This document shows, piece after piece, positions 46,201-56,208 of a stretch of 64,000 nt of DNA. Position 1 is the first letter of the stretch. Every line of letters starts with the position of its first letter. The notes below the pieces were generated by a model. That model was not told the DNA's origin and ran no database searches. It worked only from the letters and a program-made list of their open reading frames with translations. The stretch spans positions 7,502 through 71,501 of the forward strand of contig OMXL01000004.1 of NCBI GenBank assembly GCA_900314985.1, in the 5' to 3' direction. Both the position numbers and the translations under genes were made by a program. Origin of the DNA: an uncultured Prevotellaceae bacterium. GTDB taxonomy: Bacteria > Bacteroidota > Bacteroidia > Bacteroidales > Bacteroidaceae.

Positions 46201-46442
46201 CCCGTTAATGCGAGGATACGGTCAGTATAACTCTTGGAGTCGTCGAGTCCTTGCGAGATGCCATACAGCTGACTGAGTATGCGCATCTTCATCTCCTCCG
46301 TAGCCTTGTTGGTGAAGGTGACGGCCAGGATGTTGCGATAGCTGGTAGGATTCTGTACCAGCAGCTTGATATATTCTACTGCCAGTGTGAAGGTCTTTCC
46401 TGAACCTGCACTGGCCTTATATACGGTGAGTGGTTTTACCAT
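43212..46442 (-). CDS. AddA-like UvrD helicase-nuclease
   Basis: ASAGSGKT, TFTNKAT, DEFQD, VGDVKQSIYRWR, SIHKSKGLE, YVAFTRA, C-terminal RPDRV...VDFK. Confidence 0.92.
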   Translation of the reverse strand: MVKPLTVYKASAGSGKTFTLAVEYIKLLVQNPTSYRNILAVTFTNKATEEMKMRILSQLYGISQGLDDSKSYTDRILALTGLPINTIKERAGIALRLLLHNYNYFRVETIDSFFQSVLRNLARELDLTANLRISLNDTQVEEQAVDQLIDSLTHTDRMLQWLLSYIMEKINDDHSWNIIGQVKQFGKTIFRDYYKANRKELGNVISQKGFMEEYTKQLKELRSTALEHMKAMGNEFFDILESEGLSIDDLSNKKSGVAGFFIKLQNGVFDESIEGKRVCDCREDPEKWYSKKSEQAAHIYAVAESSLRPLLIRAMDERPRQYKIYQSADLTLRHLSQLRLLGSIEQKVRNLNEEANRFLLSDTQQLLHDLISDSDSPFIFEKIGTQLEHVMIDEFQDTSTVQWQNFKVLLQECMSHQDSQNLIVGDVKQSIYRWRSGDWRLLNAIDQQFPYAQESVEIQPLKVNWRSARNIIEFNNAFFQTAAKQEYEAQREEYPAGAEQLRHAYDDVAQEIPEGRNRSGYVNIRLLPADDYQEQTMTAIADTIRALQQQGVALHDIAILVRTNKHIPLIAAYFDEHLPDVRIISDEAFRLDASVSICLLIQALHLLTHPDDLLAKATIVKLYQRTVLSNSVAEQELLIKDRNLDTLLPEAYIQHMQELLQMPLYELVERLYSIFQLERLNEQSAYLCAFYDRLNQFVQDYTSDIDAFIREWEETICSKTIQSDAADGVRILSIHKSKGLEYPHVIIPFCDWKLEMPDVLWCKPTETPFDALPLAPIDFSASQMKGTIYEQYYLDEHLQNIVDNLNLLYVAFTRAVDSLYVIGQRGAKSNRSALIEAVLSEMKLEGSVISGEDDEESELDFSYGSNGLNGPTSPTSPIKPIKPISENVFLKPVTPVQIQLETFEGKTEFRQSNKSREFIEGDDEQQELSYIKMGSVLHEIFSTIHTTADIEGALCQLQHDGVLYDDEVTAAKLTAMLHKRLENLRVKDWFSGRWQLFNECSILRLNEQGVVEERRPDRVMTDGQETHVVDFKFGRPKPEYQEQVREYMQLLQQMGHPNVKGWLWYVYSNKIEEVIG

Positions 46443-48451
46443 CGGCGGAACAGTTCTATGGTGAATTTACATCCAAAGCTCTGGAAGTGAGTGTTGAGGA
46501 AACTAGCGAAGATGCCTGTCGAGAAGAAACGGTTCTGGAAACCGTAGCCCAGCTCGAAATAGGGGCGTGTATGTTCAATGGACAGGGCACTGATATAGAT
46601 GCGCTCTGTCTCTACGATACGTCCTACCCATGGCAGCCATGAGAGCATGAGCAAGGGAGAGTCGTAGGAAACATGGCTGCGCACATAGTAGTTCGACTCA
46701 TTATACCAACGACTGTCCAGCAGTTGAAACTGTCCAGTCCAGTCGTCCTCCCAACCCGTAGGCAGGTTGTTGTCGCGGAAGTTGGTGAAGTCAACGAAAT
46801 AGTCGGTGCTACGCTGGGTATAGAAACCAGTACCCAGGCGCAGGTTCAGAATGCGCACACTCTTGTTCTGGTGCTTATAGACAGCATCAAACTCCCAGCG
46901 CTCGTAGGCGAGGTTAGACTGCAGGACACCTTTGATGCCTCGCTCGTAGTTGGCAGTAAGTGTTGGTCCTTTCTGCCAAGGACTCAGCCTGACGGTAAGC
47001 GAAGGAGCAAAGCTGAGGAACTTATCAGCAAGTCCTGCCTGTTGCATCAGCGCTTTGTCGCTGCTTCTACGACGGTGGTATACCATACCGGTGGTCACCT
47101 CTAGCCAGTCGTAGGCTGCCACATTATTGATGAGTTGGAAGTATTCGTCTTTGAAGTCAGGCATGGCGATGGTGTCGCCCATTACCTTCTGAAACGCTTC
47201 GCCAAGGGCAGCATGCGAGGTGCGGTTGCCATTACCCCATGTAAATTCAGCAAAGCCGTTACGCTTGGGGTTGTAGGTCATACGTAGAGGGATGGTATAG
47301 TAGAATTGCTGTCCCTTGAAGTTGTAACCGAACTGTGGATTCAGCGTCAGATAGCGATGCGTATTCCAGGCATAGCGTGCTCCGATGTCGAGTTTATAGG
47401 AGATACCTTTGCTGTGACTATAACCCATATACAGCGGATTCAGCAAGGGTGACATGTTCAGCGTGATATTCTCCGTTTCAGTGTGTCTGCTGCTGATGAG
47501 ATTGTCACCGATGAAGTCCCATGCCACATCTTTCACCTCCTTCAGACGGTCGTTGGTCTTGCGGGTGGTGTCATTCTGCTCTTCTGTCTGCTCTTGCTGC
47601 TGGCGAGAAGCATAGATTTTCTTCTCTTCTTTTCCTAATGGTTTAGGACGCAGCTTCTTCATCCATGCCGGGTCGTCCACACTGTCGATGGAGTCGGGGA
47701 GAGTCTTCTGACAGTTATAGAAGGACGTGATGGTCGACTTGATATTATTCCCCAAGAACTTAAACGTTGCTTCTGTGGTGCTTTGGTCGGGCAGTGGATT
47801 ATGATGGTCGCGCCTGTCCATCCTTGCATCAATCTTGAAGTCAATCATGTCGAACTCTCCTTCCCAATTAAATGTAAGGATGCGTCCTGTCCTTGGGTCA
47901 ATGGTGACTTGTCCTTCAATCAATTGCGTGTTGCTGCTGCGAGGACGGAAAGAGATGATGACGTCGCCACCCTTCCGCCTGACACGATATTTATAGAAGA
48001 AACGGTTGGTGCGATGAAAGGGTGACAGGATTCTGTTGGGATAGAGTTGTACACCATAGAGATTGGGTGTAATCAACTCAAAGATGACAGGCATCACATT
48101 ACGATTGCGGGGAATGGTGCCACAGATGACCTGACGATGGATGCTGTAGTCGTGGGCACTATGGTAGGTGAGCTTGCTGTAGCTCTCTCCGACGTAGTCC
48201 TTGTCGCCTCGTGCTATGCTGTACATGGTGGGAATCAGATAGAGTAGGGCATTGCGACGCTTGGTGCTGAAATGGTACACCGTGTACAGATTCTTCTCTA
48301 CTCCTTCGATGTTGTATGTGCAGTGGTCGTAGTAGTCCCACATGCGGCTGATGAGGACCGAGTCGGCAGTACGGCTGCGCGCATAACAAATGCTGGGCAT
48401 GAAAACCATCATGCCCAGCATCATTATAATTATGTGCAGCTTCTGATTCAC
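46436..48451 (-). CDS. Outer-membrane-associated hypothetical protein (DUF5686-like)
   Basis: Signal peptide; C-terminal beta-strand-rich region ending FTIELFRRW. Confidence 0.65.
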   Translation of the reverse strand: MNQKLHIIIMMLGMMVFMPSICYARSRTADSVLISRMWDYYDHCTYNIEGVEKNLYTVYHFSTKRRNALLYLIPTMYSIARGDKDYVGESYSKLTYHSAHDYSIHRQVICGTIPRNRNVMPVIFELITPNLYGVQLYPNRILSPFHRTNRFFYKYRVRRKGGDVIISFRPRSSNTQLIEGQVTIDPRTGRILTFNWEGEFDMIDFKIDARMDRRDHHNPLPDQSTTEATFKFLGNNIKSTITSFYNCQKTLPDSIDSVDDPAWMKKLRPKPLGKEEKKIYASRQQQEQTEEQNDTTRKTNDRLKEVKDVAWDFIGDNLISSRHTETENITLNMSPLLNPLYMGYSHSKGISYKLDIGARYAWNTHRYLTLNPQFGYNFKGQQFYYTIPLRMTYNPKRNGFAEFTWGNGNRTSHAALGEAFQKVMGDTIAMPDFKDEYFQLINNVAAYDWLEVTTGMVYHRRRSSDKALMQQAGLADKFLSFAPSLTVRLSPWQKGPTLTANYERGIKGVLQSNLAYERWEFDAVYKHQNKSVRILNLRLGTGFYTQRSTDYFVDFTNFRDNNLPTGWEDDWTGQFQLLDSRWYNESNYYVRSHVSYDSPLLMLSWLPWVGRIVETERIYISALSIEHTRPYFELGYGFQNRFFSTGIFASFLNTHFQSFGCKFTIELFRRW

Positions 48452-48491
48452 GACCCCAAAAGTACGAAAAAAATCTGGAGCCGCAAAATAT

Positions 48492-49364
48492 TTATCCTAA
48501 ATATTTCATCAGAATGCGTGCATTTCCTGAGTCGCGCAATTTGGCAATGCTCTTCTCACGAATCTGACGAACACGCTCACGGGTCAGTCCCAGCTGGTCG
48601 CCGATTTCCTCCAGACCCTTCTCGTGGCAGCCAATGCCGAAGCATTCGCGGATGATGGTAATCTCACGCTCCTTGAGTACCTTCTGCAGTACGGTGTTCA
48701 ACTCCTGAGCCATTGACTCGTGGTCAACATGACGGTCGGTACGTGAGTCGTCGCCAGAGGCCATGACATCCAACATACAGTTGTCCTCACCATCCTGGAA
48801 AGGAGCATCGATAGAGACGTGGTGACTGTCAGCCTGCATAGACTGGGCAATCTTCTCCTCGTCCATATTGGTAGCGTCGCTCAACTCTGATACAGAGGGG
48901 TGGCGCTGGAATTCCTGTTCGAAGCGGTTAATCTCGTGGCTGATCTTGTTCAGGCTACCTACCTGGTTCAGGGGCAGACGGACAATACGGCTCTGCTCAG
49001 CAATAGCCTGCAGAATGCTCTGACGAATCCACCATACAGCGTAGGAGATAAACTTAAAACCACGTGTTTCATCAAATTTCTGTGCGGCTTTGATGAGGCC
49101 GATGTTACCCTCGTCAATCAAGTCAGTCAGCGTCAGTCCCTGATGCTGATACTGCTTAGCAACAGATACCACGAATCGCAGGTTGGCAGTCACCAACTTA
49201 TCCTTAGCGCGCTCGCCTTCAGGACCGCCCTTGCGTATCTTCTGAGCCAGCTCGATTTCCTCGTCGATACTGATCAGTGGCGCACGGCCGATTTCCACCA
49301 GATACTTATCCAGTGCCTCACTAGAGCGATTCGTAATACTCTTTTGAATTTTTAATTGTCTCAT
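48492..49364 (-). CDS. RpoD/SigA-family sigma-70 factor (Bacteroidota-type, no region 1.1; probably a paralog of the primary sigma)
   Basis: MRQLKI..SITNR, ANLRFVVSVAKQY, FDETRGFKFISYAVWWIRQ, LEEIG..LGLTRERVRQI. Confidence 0.92.
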   Translation of the reverse strand: MRQLKIQKSITNRSSEALDKYLVEIGRAPLISIDEEIELAQKIRKGGPEGERAKDKLVTANLRFVVSVAKQYQHQGLTLTDLIDEGNIGLIKAAQKFDETRGFKFISYAVWWIRQSILQAIAEQSRIVRLPLNQVGSLNKISHEINRFEQEFQRHPSVSELSDATNMDEEKIAQSMQADSHHVSIDAPFQDGEDNCMLDVMASGDDSRTDRHVDHESMAQELNTVLQKVLKEREITIIRECFGIGCHEKGLEEIGDQLGLTRERVRQIREKSIAKLRDSGNARILMKYLG

Positions 49365-49522
49365 ATTTACCTATTAAATCCGTGCTAACTGTCTGATAGT
49401 CAGCATTGTCTACAAATAATAACTTTTAAAAGCGGTGCAAAGTTACAAAAAATCCCGATACGTTGTTATCGCACCCCCCATTTATTTTTTCTTAAAAAAG
49501 TTTAAAGGGGTGGTCGATGGGG

Positions 49523-50833
49523 TTAATGGGTTTGATGGGCGTTTTGGGTGTTTGGCGCCTTAGGCGCTTTCTTTCGATGGTGCCCACGGTGCCCATTGGC
49601 CCCATTAGCCCCATGATGACTTCCCTTTCCGCCACGTCCTCTGCCTCCTTTGCCTCGTGAGTTCTTGCGGGGTGCTGACACCTTGTATTCCGGTCCTTCA
49701 CCCAGTCCCTCTGGCAGCGGATTCTTCTGGATGTCTTTCTCCAGGAAGCGCTCGATGTCAGCAAAGTAGCGCATGTCGGCCTCTGATACGAAGGTGATGG
49801 CGACACCATCGCGCTGGGCACGGGCAGTACGTCCGATGCGATGTACATAGTCCTCTGCATCGTGGGGAACGTCATAGTTGATGACCATGAGGATGTCGTC
49901 GATGTCGATGCCTCGTGATACAATGTCGGTGGCTACCAATACGTCCACCTGACCAGCCTTGAATCGGAACATCACATCGTCGCGCTCAGCCTGCGAGAGG
50001 TCGCTGTGCATGGAGGCACAGTTAATCTTCATGTGCTTCAGCTCGCGGGTGATGTCCTTCACCTTGTCTTTCTTACCAGAGAAGATGATGACGCGCTGCA
50101 GTTCGCCAGCCTTGAACAGATTGCGGATGATGCCCAGTTTCTGGGGCTCGTAGCAGACGTAGGCTGACTGCTGAATCTTCTCTGCAGGTTTCGATACGGC
50201 AATCTTTACCTCTGCAGGATGGTCGAGCAGGGTGCGTGCCAGCTGCTGTATCTTGTCGGGCATGGTGGCCGAGAACATGATGGTCTGGTGACCCTCAGGC
50301 AGCATCTTGGCAATGCTCAGAATATCGTCAGAGAATCCCATGTCGAGCATGCGGTCAGCCTCGTCGAGTACAAAGAAAGAGAGTTTCGACAAGTCCAGAT
50401 GTCCCATGCGAATATGTGAGAGCAGACGTCCTGGTGTGGCGATGATGACGTCGGCGCCCATCTTCAGACCCTTCGTCTCCACGTCAAAGCGGTTACCATC
50501 GTTACCACCATAGACAGCCACACTGCTGACACCATCGAGGTAGTAGCCAAAGCCCTGCATGGCCTGGTCTATCTGCTGTGCTAACTCACGGGTAGGCGAC
50601 ATGATGATGCAGTTGACGGCATCGCGTGGATAACCACCATCGTCGAGCATGGAGAGGATAGGCAGCAGATAGGCTGCCGTCTTGCCTGTTCCGGTCTGTG
50701 CTACGCCGATAAGGTCTTGTCCGTCAAGTATTTTTGGAATACACTGTTCCTGAATAGGTGTCATCTCCTCGAAGTGCATGTCGTAAAGGGCATCGAGGAT
50801 GTTATCGTTCAAATATGTTTCTTCAAATGTCAT
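49523..50833 (-). CDS. DEAD-box RNA helicase
   Basis: AQTGTGKT, PTRELA, TPGR, LDEADRM, SAT, HRIGRT.R. Confidence 0.96.
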   Translation of the reverse strand: MTFEETYLNDNILDALYDMHFEEMTPIQEQCIPKILDGQDLIGVAQTGTGKTAAYLLPILSMLDDGGYPRDAVNCIIMSPTRELAQQIDQAMQGFGYYLDGVSSVAVYGGNDGNRFDVETKGLKMGADVIIATPGRLLSHIRMGHLDLSKLSFFVLDEADRMLDMGFSDDILSIAKMLPEGHQTIMFSATMPDKIQQLARTLLDHPAEVKIAVSKPAEKIQQSAYVCYEPQKLGIIRNLFKAGELQRVIIFSGKKDKVKDITRELKHMKINCASMHSDLSQAERDDVMFRFKAGQVDVLVATDIVSRGIDIDDILMVINYDVPHDAEDYVHRIGRTARAQRDGVAITFVSEADMRYFADIERFLEKDIQKNPLPEGLGEGPEYKVSAPRKNSRGKGGRGRGGKGSHHGANGANGHRGHHRKKAPKAPNTQNAHQTH

Positions 50834-52036
50834 TTAATTCGGTGCTTTTTTATAGCAATAGTATGCGATGAATGCATACAGAATATTAGGAATCCATGCT
50901 GCCAGGATAGGTGGCGTATCAGCGTTGATGGCAAAGGTGGCACTTACCGTCTGCAGCAAGATATAGGTGAATGATAGTGCCAGTCCGATACCCAAGTACA
51001 TACCCATGCCGCCCTTGCGTTTGCGTGACGACAGCGATACGCCGATGATGGTCAGAATGAACGAGGCAAACGAGGTTGCTATGCGTTTGTGGTACTCCAC
51101 CTCATACTGCACCACATTGCTAGAGCCACGCTGCTGTTGCTTGGAGATATAGCGTTTCAGCTCTGGCGACGTGAAGGTCTCCTGCTGACCTTTAGAGAAC
51201 ACCAAGTCCATGGGCTCCATCTGTATCAGCGTGTCTATCTCGAAACCGCTGGTAATCTCCTCACGCATGCCTTTCAGCGTGCGAATCTTGTAGTTGCGAG
51301 CCTTCCAGTGGTAGCGCTCCTCAGCGATGGTGTCATACTGGATGACGTTGGCATTCATCTGCGATACCATCTTCTTGTTCTCAAACTTATACAGTGCAAA
51401 GCCGTAACCCGTCTTGCGGGTGTCGTCGTATTGTGAGAGGTAGGCCACCACACCCTTGTCGACCATCAGCTGGATGTTTGATGCCGACGTATTCTTCTTG
51501 TTGTTCTTGTAGAGCGACTCGAAGTCGTGGCGCACCACTGTTCCCTTGGGGATGACATACGAGCCGAGGTAGAAGTTGAGCAGGGCGATGAGTGCTGCTG
51601 AGATGAGGTAGGGGCGCAGCAGTCGCTTGAAACTCATACCGCAGGCCAGCATGGCGATAATCTCCGAATTGCCTGCCAGCTTGGAGGTAAAGAAGATGAC
51701 GGCAATGAAGACGAACAGTGGCGAGAAGAGGTTGGCAAAGTAGGGCACGAAGTTGGCGTAGTAGTCGAAGACGATGGCGCGCAACGGTGCATTGTTAGAG
51801 GTGAACTTCGCCAGGTTCTCGTTGACGTCGAAGACGATACTGATCGAGATAATCAGGACGATGGAGTAGACGTAGGTGCCAATGAACTTGTTGATGATGT
51901 ACCAGTCCATGCGTTTGATAGGCAGCCTACCCCCAGCCCCTCCCAAAAGGGAGGGGAGCTTGACCCCCCTTAAATAAAGAGCTGTACTCTTCAGTCTTTG
52001 AAGAAATTTATTAATATTTTCTTGAATCTTCATCAA
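50834..52036 (-). CDS. LptF/LptG family LPS export permease
   Basis: DWYII.KF.GT, NSEIIAMLACG.SF.R, Y.VE.HKR.A, AAWIPN. Start uncertain. Confidence 0.9.
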   Translation of the reverse strand: MMKIQENINKFLQRLKSTALYLRGVKLPSLLGGAGGRLPIKRMDWYIINKFIGTYVYSIVLIISISIVFDVNENLAKFTSNNAPLRAIVFDYYANFVPYFANLFSPLFVFIAVIFFTSKLAGNSEIIAMLACGMSFKRLLRPYLISAALIALLNFYLGSYVIPKGTVVRHDFESLYKNNKKNTSASNIQLMVDKGVVAYLSQYDDTRKTGYGFALYKFENKKMVSQMNANVIQYDTIAEERYHWKARNYKIRTLKGMREEITSGFEIDTLIQMEPMDLVFSKGQQETFTSPELKRYISKQQQRGSSNVVQYEVEYHKRIATSFASFILTIIGVSLSSRKRKGGMGMYLGIGLALSFTYILLQTVSATFAINADTPPILAAWIPNILYAFIAYYCYKKAPN

Positions 52037-52086
52037 TAATCCTTTTCTATGTTCCCCCTCCCTTTGGAGGGGGCTAGGGGGAGGCT
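51924..52086. repeat. Inverted pair of REP-like palindromes flanking the lptF/G start
   Basis: AGCCTACCCCCAGCCCCTCCCAAAAGGGAGGGGAG (51924-51958) and inverted CCCCCTCCCTTTGGAGGGGGCTAGGGGGAGGCT (52054-52086). Confidence 0.8.
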
Positions 52087-53229
52087 TTACCTTCTTCGTC
52101 CTAAGTTATCTATTACTGAGCGTTTCCACTGTGTGAAGTCACCTTGTTCTATATGCGTGCGCGCGTCCGTGACCAGTCGGAGGTAGAAGGCCAGATTGTG
52201 TATCGATGCTATCTGCATGGCCAGCAGTTCTTGTGCCTTAAACAGGTGGTGCAGATAGGCCTTCGAGTGGATGCGGTCGATGTCGCAACCATCAGGGTCG
52301 ATGGGCGAGAAGTCGTCTTCCCACTTCTTGTTCCTCATATTCATGGTACCCTCGTAGGTGAACAACATGGCGTTGCGACCATTGCGGGTAGGCATGACGC
52401 AGTCGAACATGTCGACACCACGCTCGATGGCCTCCAGAATGTTCTGGGGCGTACCCACACCCATCAGATAGCGTGGACGGTCCTTGGGCAGGATGTCGTT
52501 GACCACCTCAATCATCTCGTACATGACCTCAGTAGGCTCGCCAACAGCCAGTCCGCCGATGCTAGCACCACCACCGTCGTTCAGCTTGCCCAGCGTGTCA
52601 ACGACATGCTTGGCAGCATCCTGTCGCAGGTCTTTATAGGTACAGCCCTGCACGATGGGGAACAACGTCTGATGGTGACCATATAGCGGCTCAGTCTCGT
52701 TGAATCGCTTTACACAGCGTTCCAGCCAGCGCTGGGTCAGTTTGAGCGAGTTCTTGGCATACTGGTAGTCGCTCTGTCCTGGTGGACACTCGTCGAAGGC
52801 CATCATGATGTCGGCACCAATGACGCGCTCTGTGTCCATCACGTTCTCGGGTGTGAAGATATGCTTCGAACCGTCGATGTGACTGCGGAACTCGCAGCCT
52901 TCCTCTTTCAGCTTGCGGATGCCCGTCAGCGAGAATACCTGGAAGCCGCCAGAGTCCGTCAGGATGGGGCGATCCCACGTGTTGAACTTATGCAGTCCAC
53001 CCGCCTTGCGCAGGATATCGAGTCCTGGACGCAGATACAAGTGGTAGGTGTTGCCCAGAATGATCTGTGCTTTCACCTGCTCGCGGAGTTCAGCAAAGTG
53101 CACACCCTTCACGCTGCCTACCGTGCCTACAGGCATGAAGATAGGCGTCTTGATGGGACCGTGGTCGGTCTGAATCAGTCCTGTACGGGCGCTGCTATAG
53201 GGGTCGTTATGTTGTACTTCAAACGTCAT
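52087..53229 (-). CDS. tgt: Queuine tRNA-ribosyltransferase
   Basis: TPIFMPVGT, NTYHL, LTDSGGFQVFS, RYLMGVG, DMFDCV.PTRNGRN, HNL.FY. Confidence 0.97.
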   Translation of the reverse strand: MTFEVQHNDPYSSARTGLIQTDHGPIKTPIFMPVGTVGSVKGVHFAELREQVKAQIILGNTYHLYLRPGLDILRKAGGLHKFNTWDRPILTDSGGFQVFSLTGIRKLKEEGCEFRSHIDGSKHIFTPENVMDTERVIGADIMMAFDECPPGQSDYQYAKNSLKLTQRWLERCVKRFNETEPLYGHHQTLFPIVQGCTYKDLRQDAAKHVVDTLGKLNDGGGASIGGLAVGEPTEVMYEMIEVVNDILPKDRPRYLMGVGTPQNILEAIERGVDMFDCVMPTRNGRNAMLFTYEGTMNMRNKKWEDDFSPIDPDGCDIDRIHSKAYLHHLFKAQELLAMQIASIHNLAFYLRLVTDARTHIEQGDFTQWKRSVIDNLGRRR

Positions 53230-55682
53230 TAGTTCTTCTTCTCCTCTTTCTCCTCTGGGATTTCAAATACGAGCGGATGCTCCACCATCTCGTCTGTCAG
53301 GGCGAATTTCCAGACGTCCTGCACATTCTCTACATAGTGGAATGTGACGCCCTGCAGATACATGTCAGGAATCTCGTTGATGTCCTTCTCGTTCTCCTTG
53401 CACATCACGATGTCGGTGATGCCGGCACGCTTGGCAGCCAGAATCTTCTCCTTGATGCCACCAACGGGCAATACCTTGCCACGCAGGGTAATCTCACCGG
53501 TCATGGCCGTGTTCTTGCGCACCTTGCGCTGAGTCAGTGCCGAAGCAATACTGGTGGCGATGGTGATACCTGCCGAGGGACCGTCCTTGGGTGTGGCACC
53601 CTCAGGAACGTGGATGTGGATGTTCCAATGGTCGAAGATGCGGTAGTCGATGCCCAACAGGTCGACGTGAGCCTTGACATACTCCAAAGCAATCACTGCC
53701 GACTCCTTCATCACGTCGCCCAGATTACCAGTCAGCGTCAGCTTGCCAGCCTTGCCTTTTGAGAGCGAGGTCTCGATAAACAGTATCTCACCACCTACGC
53801 TGGTCCATGCCAGTCCGGTCACTACGCCAGCGTATGCGTTGCCCTGATAGATGTCGCGATAGAAGGGGGGCTTGCCCAGCAGGTCTTCAATCTCTGTGGG
53901 TGTAATCTTCTCGTAGGGCAGCTCACCGCTCTCGGCCTTCTTGAAAGCCAGTTTGCGCAGGGCTTTGTTGACCTGCTTCTCCAGCTGGCGCACACCACTC
54001 TCGCGGGTGTACTGCTCGATAATCTTCTCGATGGCAGCCTTGTTGAAGGTCAGCTTCTTGTCTGTCAGACCGGTGTTGTCCTTCTCCTTCGGAATGAGGT
54101 GGCGCTTGGCAATCTCGTATTTCTCCTCTGTGATATAGCCGCTGACCTCGATAATCTCCATACGGTCCAGTAGGGGACGGGGAATGGTGCCGAGGTTGTT
54201 GGCGGTGGCGATGAACATCACCTTCGACAGGTCGTAGTCTACGTCCAGATAGTTGTCGTGGAAGGCGTTGTTCTGCTCTGGGTCGAGTACCTCCAGCAGG
54301 GCACTGGCGGGGTCGCCATTATGCGTGTTCTGTGTCACCTTGTCAATCTCGTCAAGGATGAAGACGGGGTTGCTGGAACCTGCCTTCTGGATGTTCTTGA
54401 TGATGCGGCCAGGCATGGCACCGATGTAGGTGCGACGGTGTCCGCGAATCTCAGCCTCGTCGTGCAAACCACCCAGCGATACGCGCACATACTTACGTTT
54501 CAGGGCGTCGGCAATCGACTTGCCCAGCGAGGTCTTACCGACTCCCGGAGGACCATAGAGACAGAGAATAGGACTCTTCAGGTCGCCACGCAATGACAGC
54601 ACGGCGATGTATTCCAGGATGCGCTCCTTGACCTTCTCCATACCGTAGTGGTCGCGGTCCAGTATCTTCTGGGCACGCTGCAGATTCAGGTCGTCCTTGG
54701 TATATTCGCCCCAAGGCAGATTGACCAGCGTCTGCAGGTAGGTCAGCTGCACGTTGAAGTCGGGCGAGTTGGGATTCACCTGATCCAGCTTCTCCAGCTC
54801 TTTGTAGAAGAACTTCTCTATCTCTTCCGGCCACTTCTTCTTGGCAGCCTTCTCCATCAGTTCCTTCTTCTCGGGCGTGCTCTCGTTGCCCATCTCTGCC
54901 TGCAGGTTCTTGATCTGCTGCTGCAGGAAGTAGTTGCGCTGCTGCTCGTCGATGTCATCGCGCGTCTTGTTGCGGATGTCGAGCTTCAGGTTCTGCAGGT
55001 TAATCTCACGGTTCACGATGCGCATCGTGCTGAACAGGCGCTCCTTGATGCTGTCAAGCTGGAGCAGAGCCATCTTCTCCTTGATGCTGAACGGCATGTT
55101 CGAACAGATGAAGTTCAGGGCCATGATGTTGTTTCCCACGTTCTTGATGGCAAACGAGGCTTCCTCGGGGATGTCATCACTCATGTGGATATACTCTGCC
55201 GTCTGGTTGCGCAGGTCTTCGATGGCCGTGCGGAACTCCATGTCTCTCTGGTCGGGCTCCTCCTCGGGGGCCTTCACCGTATGTCCTATCATGTAGGGCT
55301 TGTATTTCAGAATCTCCTGCAGACGCAGACGACTCAGACCCTGCACGATGGCAGTGATGTTACCGTTGGGCAACGTCAGTATCTTCAATACCTTGGCCAA
55401 CACGCCGTAGTCGTAGAGGTCGGCGCGGATAGGACTCTCCACCTCTGGGTCACGCTGACAGACCACGCCTATCATGCCGTCTTGCTTCTCAGCTTTGCGG
55501 ATGAGCGTCATGCTCGACTCGCGACCAATCAGAATGGGGGATACTACACCAGGAAACAGTACCAGATTGCGCACAGCCAGAATGGGCAATGCCTCGGGCA
55601 TTTCCATATTCATCAGGTCGCTGTAATCGCCCTCTACATCGGCAATCATCTGGAACGACCTATTCTTGTTATCCATGTACAT
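53229..55682 (-). CDS. lon: ATP-dependent Lon protease
   Basis: [57 protein letters not shown]. Start uncertain (55700/55682/55676); the -7 element at 55710-55717 argues against 55712. Confidence 0.97.
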   Translation of the reverse strand: MYMDNKNRSFQMIADVEGDYSDLMNMEMPEALPILAVRNLVLFPGVVSPILIGRESSMTLIRKAEKQDGMIGVVCQRDPEVESPIRADLYDYGVLAKVLKILTLPNGNITAIVQGLSRLRLQEILKYKPYMIGHTVKAPEEEPDQRDMEFRTAIEDLRNQTAEYIHMSDDIPEEASFAIKNVGNNIMALNFICSNMPFSIKEKMALLQLDSIKERLFSTMRIVNREINLQNLKLDIRNKTRDDIDEQQRNYFLQQQIKNLQAEMGNESTPEKKELMEKAAKKKWPEEIEKFFYKELEKLDQVNPNSPDFNVQLTYLQTLVNLPWGEYTKDDLNLQRAQKILDRDHYGMEKVKERILEYIAVLSLRGDLKSPILCLYGPPGVGKTSLGKSIADALKRKYVRVSLGGLHDEAEIRGHRRTYIGAMPGRIIKNIQKAGSSNPVFILDEIDKVTQNTHNGDPASALLEVLDPEQNNAFHDNYLDVDYDLSKVMFIATANNLGTIPRPLLDRMEIIEVSGYITEEKYEIAKRHLIPKEKDNTGLTDKKLTFNKAAIEKIIEQYTRESGVRQLEKQVNKALRKLAFKKAESGELPYEKITPTEIEDLLGKPPFYRDIYQGNAYAGVVTGLAWTSVGGEILFIETSLSKGKAGKLTLTGNLGDVMKESAVIALEYVKAHVDLLGIDYRIFDHWNIHIHVPEGATPKDGPSAGITIATSIASALTQRKVRKNTAMTGEITLRGKVLPVGGIKEKILAAKRAGITDIVMCKENEKDINEIPDMYLQGVTFHYVENVQDVWKFALTDEMVEHPLVFEIPEEKEEKKN

Positions 55683-55788
55683 TGTTATTTTCTCTTCCAT
55701 AATAGGGTGCAAAGTTACAACTTTTTCTTGAAATAACGCGCACGCGATAAGATATTTTAATATCTTTCCTCAATTTATTAGTCTGTCT

Positions 55789-55872
55789 CGTGTCCGTATT
55801 AGCGTGTCCCGTGTCCGTATTAGCGTGTCCCGTGTCCGTATTAGCGTGTCCTGTGTTCGTATTAGCGTGTCC
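55789..55872. repeat. 4 x 21-bp tandem repeat
   Basis: CGTGTCCGTATTAGCGTGTCC x3 exact + 1 variant; no spacers. Confidence 0.9.
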
Positions 55873-56056
55873 CTCACGCCCTCACGCCCTAACGCACTCA
55901 CATTAGGTTTTTGCAATAGTACCTAACAGATGATATTATAGTATTATTAATTTTATATATATTATAATATATATAAAATCTATATAAGATATCAGGTGAG
56001 TGTGTAACATTAGAAAATACCAAATGTGAGTGTGTTAGGGTGTTAGTGCGTTAGGT
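55873..56056. repeat. ~185-bp inverted-repeat element centred on a perfect 28-bp AT palindrome
   Basis: Left CCCTAACGCACTCACATTAGG matches the reverse complement of the right arm (CCCTAACACACTCACATTTGG). Centre TTTTATATATATTATAATATATATAAAA at 55951-55978. Confidence 0.8.
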
Positions 56057-56208
56057 CGTCTTGTTAAATCCAAAGATAAATGAAAATAAAACGGAGAAAC
56101 GCTTGGCGAACTCGCTGATTTTTCGTATCTTTGCAGAGTAAAAGAAATGGGGTATCGAGTAGTCGCGTAAGTAGGTTGATAGGGTGGTTGAAAAACTATA
56201 GTTTTAGC

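Noticed and set aside
40462-46442. Helicase + PD-(D/E)XK nuclease as a novel defence system
   Set aside because: The architecture matches the housekeeping AddAB-type recombination pair.
54648-55736. 362-aa plus-strand ORF
   Set aside because: Antisense shadow of lon.
55789-55872. Possible CRISPR array
   Set aside because: The repeats are contiguous with no unique spacers, and there are no cas genes.
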